From: Candidatus Bathyarchaeota archaeon
Lineage (GTDB): Archaea > Thermoproteota > Bathyarchaeia > Bathyarchaeales > Bathycorpusculaceae
Direction: 5' to 3'
DNA length: 64,000 nt
Assembly: GCA_963775685.1 (NCBI GenBank)
Contig: CAVZJV010000014.1
Coordinates: forward strand, 704,001 to 768,000
The notes beneath the pieces were generated by a model. The model made no database searches. It was not told the DNA's origin and was given only the letters and a program-made list of their open reading frames with translations. Each line of letters begins with the position of its first letter. Position 1 is the first letter of the stretch. Shown here one piece after another: positions 41,276 through 52,625 of this stretch. Position numbers and translations under genes: made by a program.

Positions 41276-43803
41276 GTGAAAAAAACAACTTCTTTGATTT
41301 CAGTGATTTTAGTAGCAATACTATTAGTTCCAACGGTTATAACAATGTCTCAACTGACACCCGTTAAAGCAGCCCTCGACGTACCCGTCTATCTCAAAGT
41401 ACACGCAGAACCCGACCCGGTGGGCGTAGGCCAAACTGAATTCATTAGCCTATTTTTCACTAAACCCATACCCAATGCTGCAGGTCAATTCTATCAAGAC
41501 TTAACTTTTAACCTTGTCAAGCCAGATGGAACTAACCAAACTTTTGGACCATACACTGCAGATACAACCGGCGGTGTTGGCGGAATCCAATTCGTGCCCT
41601 CAGAAACTGGAAACTACACTGTACAAGCATTCTACCCCGGACAAACAATTACCACAGGCGACCATATACTTCCCGCCATGAGCGAACCGGATACCTTCAC
41701 AGTGCAACAAGATCCAATTCCAAGATACACCAACACTCCACTTCCAACCGAGTACTGGTCACGCCCAATCTACGCCACAAACTACCTATGGGCACAAATC
41801 GGCGGCAACTGGCGGGGTCTGTTTAAACCAGCGTTCACTGACACCGGAGGCTACGACGCAACAGGCAACAACTTTAACCCATATAGCCAAGCACCAAACT
41901 CAGCTCACATAATGTGGGTTAAACCAACAGCGTTTGGCGGACAACCAGGGCTACCCGTCAGCGGTGACCAAGAAAGCCAATACACATCAACCTCAATCCT
42001 CTATAGACAATTCGAACCAATCATACTCAACGGCATAATCTACTACAAATTATAACCCAACACACCTACAACCGAAACAAGCGTAGAAACCCCCGGTTGG
42101 GTAGCTGTAGATTTACGGACCGGTCAAACATTATGGACCAAAGACACTAAAGATACGCTAGACTTTGGTATGGTTCTACAATTCCATACAATACAGGAAT
42201 ACGGCACTCAAGCATGGTTAGTGGCAAGTTACAACTCAAGCGGTCTGTTCGCTTTCGGCCCAGCTACTAACATATGGCATCTTTATGACCCAATGACCGG
42301 ATACTTCATCGCCAACATTACTGACGTACCTAGTACTACAGCTTCAGGACTAATCGAAACCAACGATGACAGCCCCCCAAGGAACGGTCTACATACATAC
42401 AACTAGCGGCGGCAACCTCACTATGTGGAACTCAACCCTATGCTTAGTTGGCCCTAGAGGAACAGCCACAATTCGTCCATCCGGCAACATTAACTACACT
42501 AGAGGCTTACAATGGTCAGTGCAACTTCCAACAACACTTAACAGCCAAGCAATCAGTCCGGCATTGAGCATTGCTGGAAGAACCAACGACGTAGTTCTTA
42601 TGCGTTCATACCCTGCAGCAGTTTCAACCTTTACCACACAATTTGGAGAAGGTTCCTGCGTTGAAGCTGGCTACGATGCAAGAACAGGCCAATTACTCTG
42701 GGGTCCAGTTAACAGAACACTGCCTAGATTCCACGAAGTTTCGGTATTAGCTATCGGTGAAGGCTATTATGTAGAGCACGATAAAGACACGAACCAAGCA
42801 TATGTCTACAACATAGATACAGGACAACAAGTAGGATCTATAATTCAGCTTCCTGGCAGCGGTTTAAGCACACTAGAAAGAGGCGGAGCAATCGCATATG
42901 GCAAGTGTTACATTTGGGACTTCGGAGGATACGTAAACGCCATTGAACTTAAAACAGCGACCCTCGACTGGACATATGAACCTAGGAGTGCTGGTTACAA
43001 TACTCCATACGGAATCTATCCTCTTTGGCACTTTGGATCGCATAGCATAGCAAACGGCAAACTATTCCTGTCTGAAGCTCGCATGTATGACCCGCCGCTA
43101 TTCGCGAATGCGCACAGACTAGCAATAAACTGCACTGACGGATCGCTCATCTGGAGTGTCCTGAACTTTGACGGCCGCGAACCAGGAGCAGTCGCAGACG
43201 GCTATTTGGTAAGCTACAACAGCTATGACAGTCAAATCTACACCTTCGGTAAGGGTCCATCACAGAAGCCAACGTCCAGCAGAATGTAGTTAAATTCGGA
43301 GATAGTGTCTTAATCACAGGCACAGTCTTCGATGAATCCTCTGGCACCAAGGACAACGACAGAATTGCGCGGTTTCCTAATGGAGTCCCTGCAGTCTCTG
43401 ATGAAAGCCAAAGCGCATGGATGGAATATGTTTACATGCAACAGCCAAACCCGACAAACGCAACCGGCGTAGCAGTTTCAATTGATGTAATCGACGCAAA
43501 TGGCAATTACCGCAACATCGGACAGCCACAAGCGATGCGAGAGGCGTTTTTAGTTATAAGTGGACACCTGACATTGAAGGCGAATACATAGTTGTCGCAA
43601 CATTCGGAGGATCTGAATCGTACTGGCCATCATCCGCAGAAACCAACTTCGCAGTCGACCCCGCAGCCCCAACTGCATCGCCCTATCCAGTCATTAATTT
43701 GCCCCCAACAGACATGTACATTGTTACTTGAGTCATTGCTATAATCATTGCAATAGCTATAGTCGGCGTTCTATTATTGATAGCAATAAGGAAGCGCCCA
43801 TAA
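41276..43803 (+). pseudogene. Disrupted PQQ-type beta-propeller surface protein with C-terminal TM anchor
   Basis: Colinear with intact paralogue 45236-47803 (PLPTEYWSRPI, DLRTGQTLW, YDSQIYTFGKGPS, PAVSDES); in-frame TAA at 42053, TGA near 43729, frameshifts near 42375, 43265, 43520. Confidence 0.85.
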
Positions 43804-44337
43804 AAACAGCAAAACAAAAAATATCTCCTCTTTTTTTAGTTTTAAAGGGCATATTGAAGAAGTGGGCTGAGAAGGCTCTGGTTAAAACGAATGGTGACTT
43901 AATCACCGGACGCATTTGCGTTCTTTTCTCTCCTTGCCCCAGAGCCTCAGCAAACCCCTAATTTGGCACTTTTTAATAAGTGCTTATCATGCTTCCTTAG
44001 ATTTTGTGATTCATTGTCCTAAAAATCGATTAGTCGCTTTCACGGATATTATTTCCAAATTGTGCACAGTTAAAACATAAGAAACATAATGAACTCCCAG
44101 TCCAAGTATTTTCTTTGGCATACAAATGCAGAAGGTGAATTTGTAAGAATCTAAAGCTTCAAAGGTCAAGTGTTGAAAAACTATATACTTAATAGCGGGT
44201 TTTTTCCAAAGGAGCAACCGGCATAAATGATATCTCATGGCCTTCATAGTCTGAGCCATACTCATGATGAGCAAAGCAGTCGGCAGTGCATCCAAGGACA
44301 TTTCGAAGAGCACATGCGCAAAGAAGGTTAAGCATCG

Positions 44338-44580
44338 ATGGCAGACCCAGTTAAACGTGCCCTAACAAGAAGACGCCTAGAGCGCGGACGCTGGATAGTG
44401 GAGGAACCTAACGATAAGTTGGTTCTGGGTGTAAAATTTGCCATAGGCATGACTGCTTTTATGTCGGCTCTTGAGCTTGCCCACATGGCGTTCTTGCATA
44501 CGTGGAATGCAGAGATTTTCGCTACAATCACTGGACTTAGCGGTACCATAATCGGATTGTTTGTGGGGCAGAAAACATGA
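44338..44580 (+). CDS. Small two-TM protein, probable proviral gene
   Basis: Two hydrophobic helices; ATGA overlap with next gene. Confidence 0.6.
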   Translation: MADPVKRALTRRRLERGRWIVEEPNDKLVLGVKFAIGMTAFMSALELAHMAFLHTWNAEIFATITGLSGTIIGLFVGQKT

Positions 44581-45029
44581 CCAAAGGCAAACCTTGGCCA
44601 AAAGATGACGAGAAAAGGCTCAAAGACTGGTTTAACTCAGGCATAACAGACTATGCCGTACTAGCCTTTAGTTTGGAATTCAAGTATAGCCAAAACGCCA
44701 TCTACCAGAAGCTGTTAGACTTAGGACTAATTTCAAAAGAAGAAGAAGATAGAAAAATTTGCTCTTCTTCTTCTTTTAAAGACCTGCCGGATGAGCTTCC
44801 AAGTATTGAAACAATGCTAAAGAAGTTAGCCGCTGCAATAGAGGCACTACAGGAACCCGGTATAGATAAGTCTGAGATTTTGCGTCTGCGCGGAATCATC
44901 GCTGGAGCTAAGGTCTATCAAGAGCGTTTTGCAGAATACGTGCGTTACCGCAAAATTGAAGCTCAATTATTGGAGTTGAGACAAAAGTATGAGTCGCTTA
45001 GGAAAAAGTCCCAGGGCACTTCGTCCTAA
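44577..45029 (+). CDS. Hypothetical protein, candidate terminase small subunit
   Basis: N-terminal KGKPW..DEKRL HTH-like start, helical C-terminus; proviral context recalled from Bathyarchaeia, not verified. Confidence 0.5.
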   Translation: MTKGKPWPKDDEKRLKDWFNSGITDYAVLAFSLEFKYSQNAIYQKLLDLGLISKEEEDRKICSSSSFKDLPDELPSIETMLKKLAAAIEALQEPGIDKSEILRLRGIIAGAKVYQERFAEYVRYRKIEAQLLELRQKYESLRKKSQGTSS

Positions 45030-45198
45030 TCAGCTATTTTCTGAGTACGCCACGCTCTTTGAAGATGTGGCTGCTGTTGAAAAAGCCAGCGAAAACCAAG
45101 TTGGTATGCTAAAGAGTGATGTTAAGGGTTTTTTTGAGCATATGCTTTGCCCGAAGGAATTTCCTAAGACTCACATCTTTTTCCAAAATGTTTTTTAA
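44989..45198 (+). pseudogene. Truncated N-terminus of a possible terminase large subunit
   Basis: Overlaps the preceding gene; DVKGFFEHML resembles the helix before terminase ATPase domains, then the frame ends near the 3-prime end of the opposing gene. Confidence 0.35.
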
Positions 45199-45235
45199 AA
45201 CTAAAAAAGGGGAAAGATAGTTTTGTTTACTATGT

Positions 45236-47803
45236 TTATTGTGGTCTTTTTCTAAGGACAAGTATTGTGACTGCGAAACCTATAGCGATTGCGAGGATAA
45301 TTGCTGCGACTGCTGGAATGAAATATTGGTCAGCCATAGATGCTGCTGCAACAGGTGGTGGAGAGACGGTTGCTGATGGTTCGCTTGCGTAGAGGGCTGT
45401 GGACGCCGAGGACGGATAGTATGCTCCTGAGCCTGTAAAGGTTGCAGTAACTTCGTAATTACCTGAAATGTCCGGGGTCCAAGTTAGACTGTATGTGCCG
45501 TATGCATTGCTTGTAGTGGAGCCGATAACTCTGTAGTTGCCGTTGGAGTCTGTTACGGATATTGTTACAGGAACTCCAGTTATGTTATGTGGCATTGGTT
45601 GCTGCTCGTAAACGGCGGCCATAAACTGGCTCATGCTAGCGTCAGAAACTGCTGGAAGACCGTTGGGGAAGTTTGCTGCGACTGCTTGCTGTGATGCGCC
45701 AGCTGAGATGTCTGTTACTGTGCCGATTATTGTTACAGGTGTGGCTGTTGTTACGCCGAGTTGGGGTGCGCTTACGGTTGTTTTGCTTGGTCCTTGGCCA
45801 AAAGTGTAGATTTGATTGTCGTATGCATTGTAATCCACTAAATAACCATCAGCAAGTGCAAAGCATTTTCCAATAAAGTATCCGTCTATGCTCCATTCTT
45901 CCTTTCCTGTAGTAGCGTTAACTGCATATAATTTCGCTCCTCTAAATAATGCGTCGCCATGACTAGCTGAGCTGCCTACGAAGACATCACCGCCGCCCGT
46001 GCAAAGACCATATTCCCCTTCAAATAAATATGTGGGAGCAGCCTCCTGCACTCCTGCTGATGGAGCAGCGAAATCCCAAAGAAAAGTCCCGTTTGTAAGA
46101 CTCATTGCTTGAATAGACTCCGGGCCTAGGAAGTAAACTATGTTATTCCACGTTGCCGAATTTCTTGTATAAAGGTCCCAAGCATACGAGCTTCCCTTAA
46201 CTGAACCCCAGAGTTGCTCTCCTGTGTGTAGGCTAAAACCGAAGTATGTGTTGTCTTCTTTGTTGTGCTCAGTGTAGATGCCGTCTGCCATAACTTCCAT
46301 CCGAAGTTGAGATGTCTCTGGACCCATACCTAGCGTCCGGTTTACTGGACCCCAAAGCAATTGACCTGTTGTTGCACTGTAACCTGCTTCGCATTGGTAG
46401 TTCTGGGGTTGGTAGATTAGACCAGTTAATACGTGTTCAGTGCCAAGAACAAGAATTACACCGTCATCTATTCCGCCAATAGCTACTGACCCTTGAGCTG
46501 GAAGATTATACGGGTATAAAGGTACAGTTACGTTCCATTCTACTCCAGTACTCCACTGTAACGTCGCTCCTGGGGGTGGTCTGAATTCAATGGAGTTAAC
46601 CGCAAATCCAGCACTTCCTAGACATTTAGTTGAGTTCCACATGGCTAACCATCCTGTAGTGTCGTTAATCACGCGAAGAGTGTATACTAACAATTCACTT
46701 TCAGGATCGATGATAGCGGTGCCGCCTGTTGAGCCTACAACGTTTAGTATCCATCTTCCTGTATTTGCGTCAAACAATGAGTATGTACTGCCAGATACTC
46801 CCCAGAGGTATGGTATGCCGCCGACTTCATTCGGGTTGTGGTAGGTATACACTTGGCCATAGGATATTCCAGGCCAGTGAGTTACGGGCAGGCTAAAACC
46901 GCCGTAACTAGTTGGATTGGTTGGGTTTTGATTAGTTCCGTTATTATACCATAGCGTTTGTCCAGTACGTAAATCTACTGCGTAAAATCCATAGTCAGGC
47001 GCGATGTTGGAAGGCGAGTTGTAGTATAATACTCCGTTGATGATAACTGGCGGAGTAAATGGCCATTGATAGGATTTCCCTGTGTAGTAATTGCTAAATT
47101 CTGTTTGATTGTATGGACTCCCTCCTCCTATTTGGCCTCCAAACTCAAGGGGTTTCGTCCACATTATGTGTGCGGTTGCAGGTGCTGTAGTGTACGGATT
47201 AGAACTGCCGCTCGATTCAGTCCAACTCTGGATGCCAAGCCAGTTTCCTGAGATTTGCCACCATAGAACGTTTTGCCAGTTTATCGGACGTGTCCAGTAG
47301 TCTGTTGGAAGTGGATTTAGTGGTAGTGCAAGTATTGACTCTTCCTGGACTGTGAGAGTGATCGTGCTATTACTTGGTTCATAGTACAGGTCAAATCCAT
47401 AGTCGTTTACTAGTTGCCCAGGAAAGATAAAGGTTATAGTGTAATTACCAATGATAGTGGGTGTGAATGCGTAGCTGGAAACGGCTGTATAATCAGCTGT
47501 GAATGGTCCTGCATTACTTGTTGCTCCATTTGGGTCTGTGATTGAGAGTTTGTAATTATTCCAGACGTTTGCTACGGTTGAAGTTGTCAATAATTGTGAC
47601 AGCGGATTGACTTGAACCAACCCCATGCCGAGAACTGTGGTCTGACCAACCCCTACAGGGTCAGGAGCTGCTGTTATCCATGCATTTGTAACAGCATTTG
47701 TTGTGGCATTAACGCTTGGTAACATCACCGCTGAAGCTGCCATTGAGAAGGTTAGAAGTATCGCAATCAGAATTGCCATAGTTTTATTTTTTAGATTTAG
47801 CAT
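45236..47803 (-). CDS. PQQ-type beta-propeller surface protein with signal peptide and C-terminal TM anchor
   Basis: Signal peptide, repeated AVD..TG..LW blades, Ig-like segments, TM plus RKRPQ tail; likely start 47803. Confidence 0.88.
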   Translation of the reverse strand: MLNLKNKTMAILIAILLTFSMAASAVMLPSVNATTNAVTNAWITAAPDPVGVGQTTVLGMGLVQVNPLSQLLTTSTVANVWNNYKLSITDPNGATSNAGPFTADYTAVSSYAFTPTIIGNYTITFIFPGQLVNDYGFDLYYEPSNSTITLTVQEESILALPLNPLPTDYWTRPINWQNVLWWQISGNWLGIQSWTESSGSSNPYTTAPATAHIMWTKPLEFGGQIGGGSPYNQTEFSNYYTGKSYQWPFTPPVIINGVLYYNSPSNIAPDYGFYAVDLRTGQTLWYNNGTNQNPTNPTSYGGFSLPVTHWPGISYGQVYTYHNPNEVGGIPYLWGVSGSTYSLFDANTGRWILNVVGSTGGTAIIDPESELLVYTLRVINDTTGWLAMWNSTKCLGSAGFAVNSIEFRPPPGATLQWSTGVEWNVTVPLYPYNLPAQGSVAIGGIDDGVILVLGTEHVLTGLIYQPQNYQCEAGYSATTGQLLWGPVNRTLGMGPETSQLRMEVMADGIYTEHNKEDNTYFGFSLHTGEQLWGSVKGSSYAWDLYTRNSATWNNIVYFLGPESIQAMSLTNGTFLWDFAAPSAGVQEAAPTYLFEGEYGLCTGGGDVFVGSSASHGDALFRGAKLYAVNATTGKEEWSIDGYFIGKCFALADGYLVDYNAYDNQIYTFGQGPSKTTVSAPQLGVTTATPVTIIGTVTDISAGASQQAVAANFPNGLPAVSDASMSQFMAAVYEQQPMPHNITGVPVTISVTDSNGNYRVIGSTTSNAYGTYSLTWTPDISGNYEVTATFTGSGAYYPSSASTALYASEPSATVSPPPVAAASMADQYFIPAVAAIILAIAIGFAVTILVLRKRPQ

Positions 47804-47962
47804 TTTCTTTTCCTTTCCTATAATAATAATGCACGATTCATAGTATATATTCATATTGAATTTAACAATTTGTAAGTCAAAAACATACTTACAACTAAAA
47901 CCTTATGAATAAAAAATATCATATAATAATTAAACTACCAAGGCGCGCCAAGAGGAATTAAA

Positions 47963-48770
47963 GTGAAAAGTTCCGACGATTGCGTTTCTTCATTATGTGA
48001 ACTAGGCTTGGGTATTTCATAGGCAAAAATCTACCTCTCAATAGCAAAATCCAAAAATCTAAAAGCACAGGAAATATCCTCAATTTCCGGAGTAGCAAGA
48101 CCATACGGTTATGGAATATTAGCCCAGCTAGAGGAAGCCGGACTTGTAGAAAAAACAATATCAAAACCAAAAGAGTTCCATGCAATACCAATAGAAGAAT
48201 GCATTCACCATCTCCTTCAAAAAGGATAGTGAAAACCGCGAGCCCAAAATTTCCAACAGAAACCCGAAAACCAGGACCTACCCAAAGAATTCCAGTTTAT
48301 GCTTATCCAAAATAGAGACGCTGTGTACGCCAAGACTGAAAAAATGGTTAAATATGTCCAAAAAACCGTCTGCTTGATAGCGTTAAAAAAAGATTACGTG
48401 CTTGGATCACAAATTACTCACCCATTTTAGAAGAAGCCTAGCCAGAAAAGTAGATTTCAGAATCATTTTGCCAGAGCCAGAGAAGGACCAACACTTGGGA
48501 GAGCTTATTGAAGCCTTAATGAGGTACCCAAATTTTGATATAAGATTGATTTCAGAAGCTCTTAATGTTGGTTTTAGCGTCTGGGACGGAAAAGAAATAC
48601 TGCTTAGCACTTCGGAGATTGATACTCCTTATCCACAACCAACCTTATTGTCCAACAACAAAGGTATAGTAATTTAGCTCAAAATTATTTTGACTCATTA
48701 TGGCAACGTATAGAAAATAAAAATGAAAGAAGAAAAATGTGTATAGAAGATAAATCAACATTGATCTGAA
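47963..48770 (+). pseudogene. TrmB-family transcriptional regulator, disrupted
   Basis: LGLGIS*AKIYL...EISSISGVARP..YGILAQLEEAGLVEK..KPKEFHAIP; TAG at 48020 plus later lesions; C-terminal VWDGKEILL; end approximate. Confidence 0.75.
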
Positions 48771-49240
48771 ATACTTTACGCATGCTACTGGTTTGAAACA
48801 ATCTGGATCTGACACCCCTGGAAAAAAGTAAACCAACAAGTAGGTAGCTCTTAAGACAACAATAACTTGCTATGGATACACAAAAAAAGGGCATTTGCAA
48901 TCTCTTCGAAATAACATTTTTTTTAAGTTAACAGAGAAAGGAAGGGCTGAAATCATTGACCTCTTCTATTCAGGTAAGGAAAAAAAGGAGCTAAAACGTA
49001 TCATCAAAATGATAGACCATCAACCAAAAAAAGAGTAAACACCATTGAAACCTAAAGGTATGTTACTGTTTTGAGGCAACCACAACAGTTTGTTTTCTTG
49101 AAATTACATATCCAATTTAGTGGACATTTAAGTACCCTCAAATATCCTCACCTCATGCTCAACCCAATAATTCCTTCAATGTCTCTTGCTAAGAAAGGAG
49201 CCGGCTTTGTTTTGAGTTTTTAAAATCTGCCATTAGAGAA

Positions 49241-51225
49241 TCAAGCAGTTGCTGAGTGTTTTTTCCTGTAAATTATGGCTATTAAAAGTATTGTGAGCAT
49301 TAACGTGATTATTATTGTCGTTGAGATTTCAGGTATGGTTGGTGATGGAGTTGGCTCAGGAGGGTTTGTTGACTGCGGTGTCGATGTAGTGGTGCTTGTG
49401 GGGCTTGTACTTGGAGTAGGACTGACGCTTGGAGTAGGATTAGTTGTTGATACGGTACCGAGGTTAACGGTTACTGTATGGGTGCTATGAGCATATGTGA
49501 AATGAAACAAGTAAGAATCAGAAGTTGATGTTGGTGTATAGATTAACTTGCTGTCGTCCAGGTTAACTTTTAGGTTGGCTATATCCGGCACAAGGTTTTT
49601 TGCAACTTGCATATCCACATACCCAGTTGTGCCGGAAGGACCGCTCACCGTAAAGCTTAACGTATTGCTTTGGGAATTAAAAGCTAATGATGACACAGTA
49701 GAATTTGACGAAACCGCAAAAACGTATTGGTTATTGTAAGGCAACACCGACAGCTCCACGTTTTTTTGGGATGATTCATAGGGATAAAGCCCATCATATG
49801 CTGCCTTAACCAAAAAAGTTCCTGTCGCTGCAGGAGTCCACACTGCGGAGTAGCTTCCGTCAGCTAAAGTGAAGGCAGAAGTAATGTCATTCCAGCTTTG
49901 CCCATCATTTATGCTTATTGAGAAGGTAATACGAGCATTGGAAACTGCGCTTTGATTTTCCGCTAAGAGTTTGCCAGTTATGGTAACGCTGAAGCTAAGC
50001 AACGAAGTCTGCGCGTTTAAAGATAACGAGAGACTTGTCTTAACAAGAGGGACTGCCCCAAACGCATAGACTTGACCTGTTGAGGACGGGCTTGAAGATG
50101 ATGAATCAGACCCTACGTATACATTGCCATAAGCAACTATGGGGCTAGATCGTATACTCTCGCCTGTAAGGTAAGTCCATATTACTTGCCCGTTAGTGGC
50201 GTTAAAGCAGTAAAGTTTGCCATCGTCTGCACCTATGAAAACCTTGCCATCGGCCACAGCTGGTGATGAGCAAAAATCAAATGAGCCTACGTTTGATGTC
50301 CAAACAATTGAGCCTGTGGTTGCATTGATACCTAAAAAGTTGTTCGTAGATCCAGCTGAGTGAATAAACACCATTCCGGCGTCTATTGCAGGAGAGGAGC
50401 GGTAGAGGGAACCCATACCGCCAGAAAGGCTAATGTTCCAAACTGTATAAGCGGACACCGCATCAACACATATTAGCCCGGAGCCATTACTTGCAAAAAT
50501 CTTTCCATCAGCAATTGCTGGCGAATTGTCTAAGATAGCTTGAATTAAGTTGCCAAATAAGCTGTCCGGTCAATACGTTGATGGTATAAAGGTTTCCTGC
50601 AGCTATAGCAACAGTGTTTTCATCAATTATTGCAGGGGAAGCGAAATTATAGGTGCCGAAGTTATAAATCCATTGAAGAGAACCAGTCTCTGAGTTCAAG
50701 CAGTATAAAGTTCCATTAACAGTATTGAAGATCACTTTGGTTGAAGTAACTACTGGAGAACAATCTATCTCATTATTTGAAAGAAACTGCCACAAAATGG
50801 CACCTGTTGTCTCATTTAGGCAGTAGAGGTTGTGATCCCGGGTTCCAACATAAAGCCTACCCAAACTTATTGCCGGAGAACTCCAAACGCTGTTTTCCCT
50901 ATTGGCTGTTATCTGCATCCAAATTTGCTGTCTTGTTGATGAATTGATTGCGTATACGTTTCCATTACTTGCTGCCACAAAAATAATGCCATCGGCGGCG
51001 GCAAGACTATTATGAATTTCTTCAGCAGATGTATTAAACACCCATAATAAATTGGCAGAACTAGGTGACGTACTGAGTAGAGGCGCCTGTATGTTGCACA
51101 TTGTTTCTGAACATTGGCCATTCGGTAGAGGACAAATCGCCTTTGGTATTTGAAAAAATGGTGGTTGACACCAACATAAACATGAACATAAAAATTAATG
51201 CTAAGGATAACGATTGCTTTCTCAT
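49241..51225 (-). pseudogene. PQQ-type (BamB-like) beta-propeller surface protein, two frameshifts
   Basis: WPMFRNNVQHTG, repeated SSPA.....VY.G..D..LYC.N..TG blades, P/T-rich linker, TM anchor; ORFs 51061-51291, 50508-51101, 49241-50458. Confidence 0.82.
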
Positions 51226-51605
51226 TCTATCAACCAAATTAGGATAGTTACAGACAGCTTTTAACAATATTGAATTCTTACTACTTAGCAATGGTTCAGA
51301 AACAGAGAAGAAAAATTAAGGGCGATCACCGCTTAGAATGCCGATACCAATTAAAGCATCCGGTCTTCATCTGAGACTAACGTTGGCTTTAAGATTTGTG
51401 ATATACTCTAATTTTCTAATTACTTTTCCACCTTCACTTCAGTCTCAACTGCCAGTAGAGGTTGTTTGGGCTCATGTCTTAAATGTTCAAAACTGCTTCA
51501 TCTTTTTGAACATGAAGGAGAACGTAGTTTGAGTCAGAATGTAATTGTTGAGCTTACGTTATCTCTACCGATTTTTCGGATGAGCCTCTCGAAGGTTAAT
51601 TCATA

Positions 51606-51968
51606 GTGGATAAGACCGTTTAATCTTTCAGGATTGCTTTAGAGTGTGAGATTGGTCGGTGGAGTGGTTTTGCGAGGGCTTTACGTAAGCCTGATCGGGA
51701 AGCCTTTGAAGAGCTTATGTACATGTGCCGAAACTACGCTTCAGCTGGAGGCTGTACAACCAACCCAATAATCTTTGAGCCTATGGTGATGTCTATTCTT
51801 ATTGCTCAGCAATCAAGAATTAGGCAGCTGGAAAAGGACTTGGCAGCCCTCAAACCATTAGAACCAAGTCTCTCTGCAAACATAAAATCGAACGAGATGG
51901 TACAATCAAAAGTTAAGGCTATCGTTCAAACAGCTGAAAGGGGAGGTATACAAATAAGGTTAAGCTAG
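51606..51968 (+). pseudogene. Small helical protein of the type encoded next to archaeal PolB2 genes, in-frame TAA at codon 6
   Basis: Manual translation MDKTV*SFRIALECEIGRWSGFARALRKPDREAFEELMYMCRNYASAG...FEPMVMSILIAQQ; family recognised from memory. Confidence 0.65.
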
Positions 51969-52080
51969 AAGCTAAAACAGTTAGAACCGATGACTTTGAA
52001 GAATTTCAGAAAGATAAGAAATATGGGAAAATAACTCGCAATCGACGTGGAAACTATGAACTGCATTTTTCGACTAAGCT

Positions 52081-52203
52081 AACCAAGACCAATACACTGT
52101 ACGCATCGTAGAGAAGCCTGAGGAAATCAAAGAACTCCTAGAAGGAGGGTTCGAATACGTCTGCCAAAAGGACAACTTAATATTCTTGAGGAAAAGAAAA
52201 TAG
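52081..52203 (+). pseudogene. C-terminal fragment of a tyrosine integrase
   Basis: NQDQYTVRIVEKPEEIKELLEGGFEYVCQKDNLIFLRKRK* matches the GFEYV...RKRK tail I recall from Bathyarchaeia integrases; about 55 nt from tRNA-His. Confidence 0.65.
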
Positions 52204-52256
52204 GTAATAACCAAGCTTTAGAACAACGGCAAAAGTGGCCGAAAACAACGAAAAGC

Positions 52257-52330
52257 GGCCGGGGTGGTGTAGCTTGGTAGCATAGAGGCCTGTGGAGCCT
52301 TTCGCCCGAGTTCAAATCTCGGCCCCGGCC
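52257..52330 (+). tRNA. tRNA-His(GTG), intronless, G-1 encoded, CCA not encoded
   Basis: Acceptor GCCGGGG/CCCCGGC, anticodon arm GAGGC-CTGTGGA-GCCTT, T arm CCGAG-TTCAAAT-CTCGG, discriminator C. Confidence 0.97.
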
Positions 52331-52625
52331 CTTCCTTACGCGTTTTAGAAGAATTAAACAACAACATTTAATCAACACCCTTCATCTATTTTATTCGCCT
52401 CACCGAAATTGAGCACCCATAACGACGGACTCAACAGAGGAACGTAAGAAACACAAATCTTGCACCTATGACGACCGAGTTCTACCCAATTATGGAACAG
52501 GGGAGGCATAGGGCAAACTTCCCGCGCCGAGAGAGCTTAACCAAGCTAAAAGCGACGCTCAGCTATGAGGTTAAGTGTTAGGTTACGTCGGGAGACACTA
52601 GCCCGCATAAAACAAGTGATGGGTT

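Larger units (their letters stand above)
44200..52256 (+). mobile_element. Decayed integrated element (provirus-like) abutting tRNA-His; left boundary uncertain
   Basis: Co-oriented fragments (TerS/TerL-like, PolB2-neighbour gene, integrase tail) ending at a tRNA; no att duplication found by eye. Confidence 0.5.

Noticed and set aside
44205-44225. AAGGAGCAACCGG resembling SRP RNA helix 8
   Set aside because: The matching 5-prime half and the rest of the SRP fold are absent; it is more simply an RBS of a degenerate small gene
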